Shown here piece after piece: positions 11,720 through 23,411 of a DNA stretch of 64,000 bases. Made by a program: the position numbers and the translations under genes. How positions within the stretch are numbered: the stretch's first letter is position 1; each line of letters starts with the position of its first letter. The notes beneath the pieces were generated by a model. It searched no databases. It had not been told where the DNA came from and saw nothing but the letters and a program-made list of their open reading frames with translations. Source of the stretch: Marsupella aquatica (lineage: Eukaryota; Plantae; Marchantiophyta). The DNA lies in contig OZ316895.1 of assembly GCA_973895155.1 (NCBI GenBank), positions 7,552,184-7,616,183 on the forward strand, in the 5' to 3' direction.

Positions 11720-14700
11720 TCACCAATCAGCTCTGGTGAAGGAATTGGACTTGGCCCTCCACGCTGTGGATTTGGACCGAGTGTATTGACCTGCTTTCAC
11801 TCCTTGTACACTCGCTTGGTCATCCTTTGGAAGGGTTCCTTCTTCCTCTCTCTTATCTTTCCATTTGCCTCCCATCTTGGTACCCTGACACAGAAAGTTT
11901 GGGTTAATTCCCGTGCAACTGATAAGGAGCCTAGCTAGAAAAATGGCAACGCATCCTACATTTTTGGTATCGGTCTGGCCATGAGGTGATTCTCTCTTAT
12001 TTTTCCAGTTGCTTGGCATCTTGGTACCGTGATACCAAGAAAGTTTGGGGTAACTCCAACGCAACTGAGGAGCCTAGACAAAAGCTAACTCATGCTACAT
12101 TTTAGGTACCATCTGACCATAGGAAAGTGCAGTAAAACTGGACGTCAGAAAAGAGTATTCATCAATTCTAGAATTCCTAAACACTGTTCTTCTACAAGCA
12201 GATAAGATGGTCTCAAAGGAATTGGTATAATGAATACATCAGATTGTAAGACAGAAATAAGGCCCACACTACGGTGGGCTAGTTATTCAGACTATCAGAA
12301 AAAAAGCCTAATTGACAGATCGATATGGCACCAGTAGCTGCTGCACTGAAGTTCCAACATTCACATGTCAAGTGATATTACAGCAATCCCCACCTCAGTT
12401 ACTCTGATCAGGTCAAGCTTGGAGTGATCCAGAACACGATTGCCAGCCTTGTCAATGTGAATGAAATCTATGTAGTCTGCATCCCAAGCGACATCCCCAT
12501 CGCAAACAAAGTAATCCTACACTCAATCAGCCAACAGAATGTAAGTGATAGAACACACATAAAGAAATTCACAGTTTTAGATATGCGAACCAAATTTCAA
12601 GACACTACTAGTTAACTGTAAGAGTTGCGACTGTATGAAACCTAATCCTTTTCATTGCCTGGAAACTATCAAGGCTTGCACCTTAGACGTACTTGATCAT
12701 CCATGCCAAGTGCTGTTTACAAAATATTTACCTCCAAGTGGAATATGGGTTGCATTGAAGCTCTCTCTAAGCCCATGATTGTCAGAGAGAACGACGCATC
12801 ACCGTCCACAAGGGACTCCATAGTGTGCCCATAAATTGGACTTTTGCTGTCAATTACATGCCGCACCAGTATTCCATATCTCAAATATGATATCTGTTCC
12901 ACCAACCCAAAAACATACTTCAAAGTCCAGTAGGACAACATTGCCAATGGTTGCAACTATCAATTGTGCTGATTGCTCGTAAAGAACATCCAGTGTCTGA
13001 CGACTCGCACAAAAATATTACTCATACAGTGAAGCAGGCTTCCACAAAACTCAGTAGACACCTCTGGGACAAATATAATCTCGTCAAGAAAGATACCTCA
13101 GGCCTCACAAGGGCTAAATCCTGCGTGGAACAAAACATGGAACCGGTTGGGAGCTTGATCAAAATGCGGAATGTGAGACATATCTTTGCATCTACCAATT
13201 CACAAGGAGGCGGTCCAGTAAGAACAAGTCGCACTGCAAAGACCCTGCAGCTCATGAAATAAATGATGTCAGTTTCCCAAACTATAATGGACAGATCCTG
13301 TTTAGCTATAGTCAGACTATGTTTTCATCAAGGCTGCTTTACCATCACAATGTTTGCAGAGTAGATGAGCATGGATTTCAAAATACTTCAAATTCTCAAT
13401 CAAACCATATGATGCATCTGGACTACATGATAAGCTAGTGCCTGTTGCTCACTATCCAGGAAATCCTGTTTCTATATGTCCAGTGTTTGTCCTTCTCCTT
13501 TCCGTAAAAATTCAGCCATTTAATTGATGGGAGTAAGCCCTATTCAAAATTGCACCACCTAACAGCAAACATTAAAGATCATATACTGATTCACATTTTA
13601 CTATTGATCTCCAAGCCTCCTAACAGCATATCTTCCGAACGGAAGAACATCCAACTAGGAGAGATCACATGCAAATGCCAAACCCAGGCTGGGGAAAAAC
13701 CTCTTTACTTGGGTTTATCCTTGAGCACTGCTGAGGGTAACGAGGTGAATTCATCCGCTCGGATTACTGCTTTTTTGGAGCAGCGAATAGGCTGCGAGGG
13801 CTGTGACATGCGGGCGAAGACTGCACCAAATAATCAATTATAAATAACACGCACTAGAAGGCAGAGACCATCAACACACTGCGAGCAATAAACACCCTCA
13901 TTACTGGATATTAGGACACATTAGTGCAGAACCTGAGACCCCTGGAAAGCTTACAGCAATACAGTACAGCATCAGGAATTTCGGAGTGACGACGGAAACT
14001 GTTACGAGAGTTTTCATGGCCAAGATTTTCAAGGCATCAATGTGTAGCCTGCCATAGAACGCATCCAGAGGACACCCACTTGTCTTTAACAAGAGAAAAT
14101 ATACTCACCAGCTCCACTAAGAAATACAAACAGGAACTGGCCCATCAGAGTGTTCACATTGGCTACACAGAGACAGTACGTCGACAAAGCAGCGACCGGA
14201 GATCCACCAAAGGTTGTTGAAAGAGAGAGCCTGCGCAATCGTGGAAGCAATGCTTAGATTATAACAAACTTCCATATATTGGACATTGAGTAAAAGGAAG
14301 ATTCAATTGTGCCAAGCACATAAAATGCCAGCAGCAGTCAAACCCCATATAATATTTCCCTTCAGCTCTTCTGCAGTGGGCACTTCTTGGTGTTAGATGT
14401 CTTCAGGTCTAAGGTGTCAAACATTATCCAGCCATTCACTGAATTGGAATAGGACTTACGCATAGAGGAAAACATCCATGAGATCAGAGATATTCTGCTT
14501 TGCTTTTGCGGCTCGTCCCACCATGACACTTTCGTCCACTGAAGTTCCTCCGTTAAAAGAAAATCCACCTTTATCCAAAAGATAGATTGGGGTGAACAGT
14601 AACCCCAAAGCGATTGGAGCAAGAAAGACACCTATAAGGAAATGGCCAATTGGCATCTGCATGACAATACAACCAAACAAAGTTAAATCTTGACTGGCAT

Positions 14701-16122
14701 AAGTGCAGGGTGTAACAGAAAGCGACTTTGGGAACTCTTATGATTTGCTTTAGGCTATACTTGATAACCAGAGGCTGGATGAATCCACTCCCAAAGTTTG
14801 AGTTTCTCTTCGCTTCTCAGAAAGCACCCAATTGAGTCGTAGACCCTTGAAACATTTTATTAGTCTCCATACAATAAAAAATAAAGTTCAAAGATGTGGT
14901 TTCCAGATACCTTTAAACAAGCAACGTAAAAGTCTTGAACAAGAGCGATCATGCCCTTATTCTGCCTTACAACCATTCCCTCCTGTCCTTTTCTTCCTTT
15001 GGCCCTGACCTGCCCTGCACTGCCCTTAACTTCCCTTCTCAACCTGGCAACTTCAACGTCTGGAGCGTTCGCTTTGCCAGTAGCAACACTCTTAACATGA
15101 TCAGCTGTCTGTTCTTCTCTACCATCATTTAGAAAGTCACCAGCAACAGCCCTTCTGTGACCCTCTGATATATGATGGACAAAAGCCAATTTGGTCTTCG
15201 CACGACGCCATCGCGCTTGTGCTTCATTGGATGGTGATGGCAAGGCATGCGCATTATCTGGTTCAAAGCTCCTTCCCTCAGTCTCTGCTGGTGATGATCC
15301 TTCTATCATTTCAATGTGGTCACTCGCCACATCACTAGAGTCGGGCTTCAACCTTAGTTTGGCAGAAAAGGCCGTATGATCTCTCACTTTGGTACTAAGG
15401 GGTTCAATAGGCTCCACCCCTTCAGAAGGTGAGGTTACCCCCGAGAGCTCAGTGGTACTGTGCTTAGACAGGATCTCCACAGACTCGGGAGCCGTCTCGA
15501 AACCCTGACTTAAACCTTCTTTACCTCCTACATTCATATTTTCAGGAGACTTCTCATCCAATGAATGTAACGATTCGAGGATCTTTGTAACATTTTCGTC
15601 TGAACCTGGACTCAAAGTTGTATCAGTAGCTTGAAACGGGTCAGACCTTGCTGCTGCAGACGGTCTAAACCTCACTGAACGCTCCCTACGAGGCATGTTA
15701 CCAGAATGTTCTACGCTTCCATGCTTTACGATAAATTGAGCTCCCTCATCCATAGGAGTCCCCTTGCTCACATCCTCGGCATCGATTCGGCTTTCATCAG
15801 GCAGGACCTGGTTTTCCTCCTCTTCAGAAACATCTAAGAGCTTCCTTGTTCTTGCAACATTTACTTTTGCCAAGCCTTGTCCCCCATCCAAAGAAATTCG
15901 CCCACCTCCAATTTGGCGCACACTTAAAAACTTCTCAGGAACAGGGATCCCACTACTACTAGGTCGGTGGTCAAGCCTTCGGTTCTTTTTTCTCAACCCT
16001 TCCTTTCTGCTGTTGTTCTCTTTAGGTAGGGCATCCAGGGCATCGAAGAAGTTCTCGTCCTTAGATCCATCAGTGGTCACTCCTGATGTAGAAACAGCTT
16101 GCCTGAAAGACTCTGCGGGCAT
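11720..16122 (-). CDS. Inward-rectifier (Kir/KirBac-fold, IRK + IRK_C) channel-like protein with non-canonical filter TFGGS, ~746 aa; exons 16122-14911, 14656-14460, 14230-14109, 13820-13709, 13244-13097, 12893-12732, 12516-12394, 11884-11720
   Basis: Joined exons (GT-AG, phases 0,2,1,2,0,0,0) read: slide helix/TM1 QDFYVACLKMPIGHFLIGVFLAPIALGLLFTPIYLLD; pore helix/filter DVFLYALSLSTTFGGSP; TM2 YCLCVANVNTLMGQFLFVFLSGAVFARMSQP; cytoplasmic domain IRCSKKAVI...LVDAKICLTFR...RHVIDSKSPIYG...SFSLTIMGLERASMQPIF...DVAWDADYIDFIHIDKAGNRVLDHSKLD. These match Kir/KirBac hallmarks (GxVFARxxxP, HxIDxxSPxYG, G-loop, terminal W/Y/D motif). The last exon and exact start are less certain. Confidence 0.88.
11846..12125. 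repeat. ~145-bp diverged tandem duplication over the last splice acceptor of the Kir-like gene
   Basis: catcttggtacc..ga.ac.agaaagtttggg.taa.tcc...gcaactga..ggagcctag...cat.ctacatttt.ggta.c occurs twice. On the minus strand one copy has CAG|GGTACC and the other CAC|GGTACC. Confidence 0.8.
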
Positions 16123-18288
16123 GCTCGTTGCTTTCCTGAGGGTTTCATGTGGCGTAAAAAATGGAAATCCTTCGCCATAAAGTATAAAGTCCAGTCCAGT
16201 CTCCTCTATGGACGGCGCAGAGGAGAGGGAGACCCGTAAATTGTCCCGTTTCCACGCCGTCGTGCTGGCCAGTGTAGCGTTGTACGAACTTGTGAAAATG
16301 ATAGACAACCAACCAAAGTTAAACTCAACTTCGACTTATACAACAAAAAATGGGGACTGGCAGAAATAAAGGGAGAGAACTGAAAACGAGAAGCCACCCA
16401 AGTGGGCACAGACAGTTGCTTCTGAAATCTCAATGCCATCTAGATTACAAACCAAATGATTAAGAGTAACTATGTGTCATTCAGATCACGATAGAAGAAA
16501 GGCGCTTTAAAGTATTGCCTTCTGGGTGAGACTTGGCCAAACTCCTCCACCAGTTCTGCACGAGAATCTATGAAAAATGAACTGATGACAATAGAATGAA
16601 ACCGAGTGAAATATACCAAATCTTACTATAATAGATCAAGTGGTAATTAGTTGACATAATGGAAGTTGCACCACACATGTCTGTTAAGGGTTCAAGGGTG
16701 TCACCACTTGTCAGTATTCTGATGGCCGCGGGGTGATTGTCCAATCTTCAACGGGTACAGGTCACTATGCTGAAAGGTCGTCGTTTTGCCAGAAGAAATG
16801 GAGAGGACGCAGCACGAGATTCCTCAGTTCTACAAGCAGCTGAGAGCAGATGTTGGAAGCTCCGACCAAATTTTACAATTCTCCCTACTGAATCGCTGGC
16901 GGTCCCACTGGACTTAGATGAAGATTTCCTGGGCTAATTGCAAAAGGCAGAAACTTACACAAACTAAACTATGTCACTCTATCAACCAAGTACCAGCTCC
17001 AGGCGAATATGGCCGTTGCGACAGACGTGATGGTCCGGAAAGTCAAACACAATGGCTGTGAAATTGACCTGAAACAATCAGAATGTTAAGGATATGTTCA
17101 AGTAAAGTCGTCCCCTCTTCTCTAGTTGACTGACGTGTGATGATTGAGGTCGATGTAGATATCAGTGGATGTAGACGATAGTTAAAAACCGCGCGGCCAA
17201 TCTTCTACACAGCCAGCAGGCAAACTGAATATTGCAGCAGACTATCTCCAGAAGAACTTTCCAGCAACCCGGTACCCAAAGAGATTCGATCGATCCACAA
17301 GAAACGCCCAATACGCGGCAAAGATAACCAGCACCCGCTTTGTCGAATAAATTCTCTGCAACACGCGCATGCAAATTGGCCCTTGTTGCTCGGAGTTCGA
17401 CGACCAATCTGGTATCACTCAGAAGCCAAACAAACTGATCGCTTAGCAGGCTGGCTGAAACCTCCTACAGCTATTTTATGTTGGCAATTTCTAGCTGCGG
17501 GCGTCAACTGCGCAGTCGTGAATTCGGATGCTAAGAGTCTGCGTGCAAATATGCCAACCAAAAAACAAGAGAATCTGGACAGAATTAGTCGAGATAGTGG
17601 CAGCCAAGCCATGACCACCAATTAAATCCCATTTGATTCTGAAAAACTTAGAAACATCTCGAATCCACCCTGAATGCAGAGTTTGCACATCCGAATTCTT
17701 GAGTTGCAAGACAAGATACGCGAAAAGCAAGTCCAATTTTCACCAGTGATTTGACTCTTACGAATCCTCATCGCGACGGCCCATCACGAATGCAATGGCG
17801 AGGAGAGGAGAACTTTCCAAAAGTTTTCCAGATCCTCCCTAACAACAAAGAGGTGCCGAGTGTCATTTTCTACTTACAGAGCGAAAACGAAGAAAGCGAG
17901 TTGAGATAAAACAGTCTTGGATTCCGCGCGTGGATCAATCCTGAGCTCTCTCTTTCCTCGGTCGACAGAGAAATTGCCCGCCCTAGACCGCAGTGACTCC
18001 AAAACCGTTCCAGATCAACCTGGAATTTGCCCACATCCAGCTAAGGATACGACTCCGAAGCTCAAGCTCCTACCCTGTTCGCCAATCGACCAGCCAACAA
18101 CCGTCCTACACCTGCACCTCCCGTCACTCTTAGCTCTGTATATCAACCTGACGTTCAACGACTTCCAGCTGAGGATAAGTCACCTTTTCGTCGATAGAAA
18201 GGCAGTCAATCCCAACCCGTCCTAAACCTCAGTTTACTCCAAATTCGTCGTCGACCAGCAACACCTCAAATTCGCCTGTACAACAAGT

Positions 18289-18289
<1 letters not shown>

Positions 18290-18344
<55 letters not shown>
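18290..18344. repeat. (CT)n/(GA)n microsatellite, ~27 units, in the presumptive 5' region of the Kir-like gene
   Basis: Perfect tctc run. Confidence 0.95.
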
Positions 18345-18347
<3 letters not shown>

Positions 18348-18864
18348 GTTCCAATCCACCGTTACTACAGACAGTACGACCAACTTCTAAACTCTCACTC
18401 TCAGACGACCATCAACCACCGTGCACGGATCATCCTCTGAAGAAACCGGGCTACGAATCGTGACGCGAAACAAATTAACCTGCACAGTAGTGTATCGAGA
18501 AAAGCCAGCCCGGTGGTCCGGAGCACTCTGCTGCTGTCGCGACAGCTGCTAATAACGGCAGGGAGAGCGTTCGCCACCACGGCATGAATTGGGTGATGAG
18601 AGCAGTATGCGCGCCCCACTCCATCCGTTAGATCACATTGCGTTGTTGCATGAACAACAGATTACTCCTCCTTCGGGACAAACTTGCAGTGGACGACTTC
18701 AGAGGCACGGTTTCTTCGCCTCGAGGCCTGCATCACAACTCAGCGCAGCACAACACAACACAACAGAGCAGAGCAGAGCAGAGGCAGAGGAGAGGCGAGT
18801 AGAGAGGCAGAGGACGGGAGAGGGGAGGAGACGAGAGGAGACGACTGCTGTTGATGTGTAGAAG

Positions 18865-20040
18865 ACTGCTGCTCTGTTTTGCTGCTCTTGACTACGGTGA
18901 CGCGTCGACAGCGCGGTGGACTGGGCTGGTCGGGGAGCCCGTGCCTACCGTAGGTCAGGGTTTGGGGGTGGTTACCAGGTTCAAGGGGACTGTACACTCC
19001 CTGCCCCCAGGTAGGGGAAATCATAAAACAACCATTAGCCCAGTTTCAGTGCATTGTGGTGTATTGTCAATAGTAAGTGGATGCCGAGTTGCTGAGGTGA
19101 AGGGAGCGCAAAGAGAAGCTAGAGTTGGGTCTATAGTATGCTTCCAGAGTGTGAAGACCTCTCGATAAAGACTAAACTGAAAATGAGGTGCAGATAAGAG
19201 GACACTGAAAATGAGGTGTATGTCAAAAACAGGGATGGGGGCAACAATGAAAGGGCTTTTTTTCCAGATTCTTTTGCAAGTTTTCCGTTGTTCTTGATTA
19301 TGGTGACGGATTGACATTGGGCTGGTCAGGGAGCCCGTGCCTACCATAGGTCAGGGTTTAAGAGTGTTACCAGGTTAAAGGGGACTCTACAGTGCCAAGT
19401 TTACTCCTACGCCCTATCCCCACTACTTTTCATGCACACTAAGACTTAGTGGAAATTATAAAACCACTGACCCTACAGTTGGTGCAACATTGTGGCTAGT
19501 AGGTATATACTAGCCTGATTACCTGTTCCTTGAACCCAAATAGAGATACAACCAAAAAAAACTTGCAAAAAGAATCTATGTTGTTTTCCCTTCATCTTTG
19601 CCCCCCATCCCTGTTTTTGGTATGCACTTCATTTTTTGTTTTGTCCTGATCAGAGTTATCTTTATGTGAATTTACTGTCTAAAGGCTTCATTCTAGAAGA
19701 CTAAACCCCAACTCTAGCTTTCTTTATGATTAGTTATATAGATTACACTGCCAAAAAGATATGAATGATCCCACAGGCAAAAGGATCCAATAAAGGGAGG
19801 GAAAAGGAGAAGGCCCCAAGACTACCAAAGAGGCCCAACAAAACCAAGAGTCCCTCACAAGGGTCCCCACAACATTGTGGATAGTAAGTGATGTTGAGGA
19901 GAAGTGTTCTAGACACCAGGCAGTCAAAACCCTATTGGGGATTCTGCAAGTTGGCCTGGCAATTGGACTCATGTTGCTTTGTTTTGTTCATCTGGACTAT
20001 GGTGATGCATGGACAGCGCAGTGTGATGGTCAGGGAGCCT
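18865..20040. repeat. Cluster of direct and inverted repeat fragments (TE debris)
   Basis: ga(c/t)ta(c/t)ggtga...gggagcc block at ~18890, ~19295 and ~19995 (the first two continue cgtgcctacc.taggtcagggttt); 19111-19258 is an inverted copy of 19587-19726. Confidence 0.65.
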
Positions 20041-23000
20041 GTAGTTTTTACTATCATCCGAGAGACTAAGAGTTAGAGGAATAATAAATTACCCCAAGAA
20101 GCTCACTGAAGCTCGGATCATCAACCTTGAACATTGCCGCTACGAAGGATTGTCAATAGTCAAGTTAACTCTGTACTACCATAACAATGAGTGTTACTCC
20201 AGACTAAGACGTAGGGGAGATTGTCAATTACCCCATCAAGCTCAAATTAAGCCCCATGGACCTCCATGTTTGCAAAATTGCTTAGATAGATGTTTGTAAC
20301 CCGGATGGATTGCATCAAAACCCTGTTATGCTATTAGATGTATTTTATACCAATAAGTGAAATGTGGCAAGAAAATGCAACAACCATCTTTTTAATTTTG
20401 TATGACTCAATTCTCAAGAAGTGATGCTACCAAGGACCAAGCCCATGAGCCATGCAATCCCCATAGCCGCGAAACTCCTTTGAAAACTTGTTGGAAAATA
20501 GAAGGGTGTAACTGGATGAAAATGTAAACGGTGGGTTGCATGGTTCACTGATTGGTCAATGGGAGTATAATTTCCCACAAGCTATTAAAATACCTCTAAA
20601 TCTGGAGAAAGTACAAAAATGAGTCTCCAAATTCTTTGGGATTAATGAAAGTGTCTTTTATGCCACCACTCTTGTCAGACGCCATTGAAGTATCAAAGAA
20701 AAATTGTTAATATGCAATAATGTGCATAGTCGTCACATGATACAATACGCCATAGGCATCAACTTGTCACCTTTCACCTTTCACCTTGTGCACCATGATA
20801 GACCATCACTATGGACTTGAACTTTTGACTTGAGAATTGAGAAATCTAGTGGGCCAAGCAATTTTGGACACCACAAAAATGTGCTCTATCTAGAATGTCC
20901 TCTTAGCTTCCACTTTTGCATGTTGACCGACCTCCTTTAGTCCACTAGACTCTGTCTGGCTTGGTGAACTACCCATTGGATGCATGCTGTTCCACATAGT
21001 GTAATTCCCTGTAATAGTTCAAGACAAAAACGAGGTGAGCGTTCAACTAAATGATCGAAGGTGTCATATAAGTAAAAACTAATTTGAAGACAATCTGTGC
21101 TTATTTTGATAGTTTATTCCATTGTCCTACAATTCATAATTTATGAGATTTTCCAAAGGGTAGATAATTATTGCAATATTAAAGTAATCATTTGAGATAA
21201 AGTAATAGAAAGGAATTTTTGTAAGTTATTGTGAAAGAAGGCAAGGGCTGAAGGGCAGCAGTCTCAAAAGCGTAGGCAAGACACTAGATGCAGGCCATGG
21301 ATGTCCAACATTTATGTAATAAACATAATGCCAATAAATGTTTACATTGGTGGTGACCTTCCGTTGAATCTGGTGGGTTGGGGCTTCAAGCCCTGCACTC
21401 AGCTGTTATTTGGGGTCAGCATGATTGGCCTTGAAAAGAGGAAAAATTAGAAAGTAGTTATCTAATTGAGAAAAGAATTTTGGAAGGGAAGGCAGAGAAA
21501 GAAATGAAAAAACCAACCGATGGGTGGAATAACAGAGAGATACATGGAGGTCTCACTTGAATTCACCCATTGATGGAACAACAAAGAAAACAGCCCTGAG
21601 AACAACCCTCATATGCTGAAATGAAAATGAAAATGAAAATAACAACCAAGTAAAAATATGCTTGGGAGCCTGAAGTAGAGATGCCCCATTATAGCAGCAT
21701 CCAAAAAAATGTAGTACAGTAACACTAAAAAAAAAAAACTGCTGGAAACTCTAATAGGTTTGGTAAAACATTACATATCTGCCAAAAGACAGATATGTAA
21801 AGCTGGGCGACATGGTCCTAACGGCAAAACAACCCAAAAAAGAGGAGGGAAGAGGAAGGAGAAAAGGCCCCAAAGCAGAATAGGTCCAACAAGCCAAGGA
21901 GTCCCCCACAACAACAAATGACCCATGAACACTAACACAAGGAAGCCCAAAAGAATAACACCCTACTTGGCAGCAAATTGAAATAGAACTCAGTAGTGTA
22001 TCATATACAGCATGTTCATCCTGGAACATGCTTTGTTTTTTGTTTTGTCTTGTAGTGATATGTGTAAGAGATCTTTTTTTTTTTTGCAATAAAATACAAT
22101 AGTAGAAATATAGTATATGCAAAGAAAAGAGCATCTTTTAACAAGGAGTGGGATACAAGGGTAGAAGTAGGGCACAAAGAAAGAATACACATAATGATCA
22201 GGACAAATATTCTGGAATAAAGGTCTTGAATAGTTGTGCACATAAGGTACACATACTCACTTCAATCAATTCAATGACAATCAATTCAATCAAAACCATA
22301 AGTTTAGTAAATCTATCATGGGAGTAACTTAAGACACTAGTTGTCTGTTTTTCTCTTCATTTCTCTCTCTCATTAGAACAGAACACGTAAAACTTCTTCT
22401 CTCAACTGGTAGAAGTTTAAAATCAGTGGTAAAGTATATGCTTAGGATAGCAAAGATTAAAAAGTGAAGAGTTTTGTCAAAATGAACTCAAAATACTCCA
22501 AAACAACAAAACTTGACAGGGATCCCAAAATTCATTGTTAATCTACATAACACAAATGATACACCTAGAAAAGGCACATTGAAATAAAAATATATGACCA
22601 AAAATATAAATAAGACAAAATCTGAAAGGTTATTCACCATATAGGAGCATCAAAACCAAAATGCACTGTCACGAAGTGAACTTTGTCTACAGATCCTAAA
22701 ACCATCAATGAAGGGCAAGGGACACCTTATGTCAAAATAAGGGGGTCACATATCAATTTTTGTCCCCTCGTTCTTGTCAATCCCCGTGCTTTCCTCGAAG
22801 CGAATCACAGACGGATCTGAAGTTTTGGACCCATGTCAATTTGCCGCCATTCCCCTTTCCGTCCCGTGTGGCGGCGCAGTTTTCCGCCAGAGTCCAGACT
22901 CAATTGATGCGATTCAACGAGACATTATTATTATTGTCGACTAGCACCAGAGAACCCAACAGAACAGAGACTGTCTTCTACTCTTCTGTCATACATCCCA

Positions 23001-23411
23001 TTCCACAAGACTTCGACCGGCGCTTCTCTCCGCCTCATCCCTAACGAACTACTGTCGTCTTCACTCACGGGCCCACAGATTTGGCCTTGCGCTTTCCTGA
23101 CGAGCTTGAATTGGCATCCAGAGTCTACAGCATGAAACCCAGGTGGTGGAAAGACTGCTGACGATGGATGTATCATGAATTTGACCTCGGGTTGGGGCTG
23201 TTTCTTTCAGATATAGAGGAGCTAGGAAATTTGCAGAGCAGTGTGAGGGAGCCATACACTTGAAGTGATTTACAGCCCCACTCATGATGAAATAAACGTG
23301 GTAGCTTTCGTTGCTCCCGTGCTCCCGTGCTCCCCAGCTTTTAAAGGAAGACGGTGGTGGGAGAGGACGGAGAGAAGTGCTGGTGGGTTTTTTGACTGTG
23401 GGTGGGGTAGG

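Noticed and set aside
14860-16308. 482-aa ORF as a standalone unknown protein
   Set aside because: It starts at TTG and runs past a clear donor at 14910; it is the first coding exon of the Kir-like gene.
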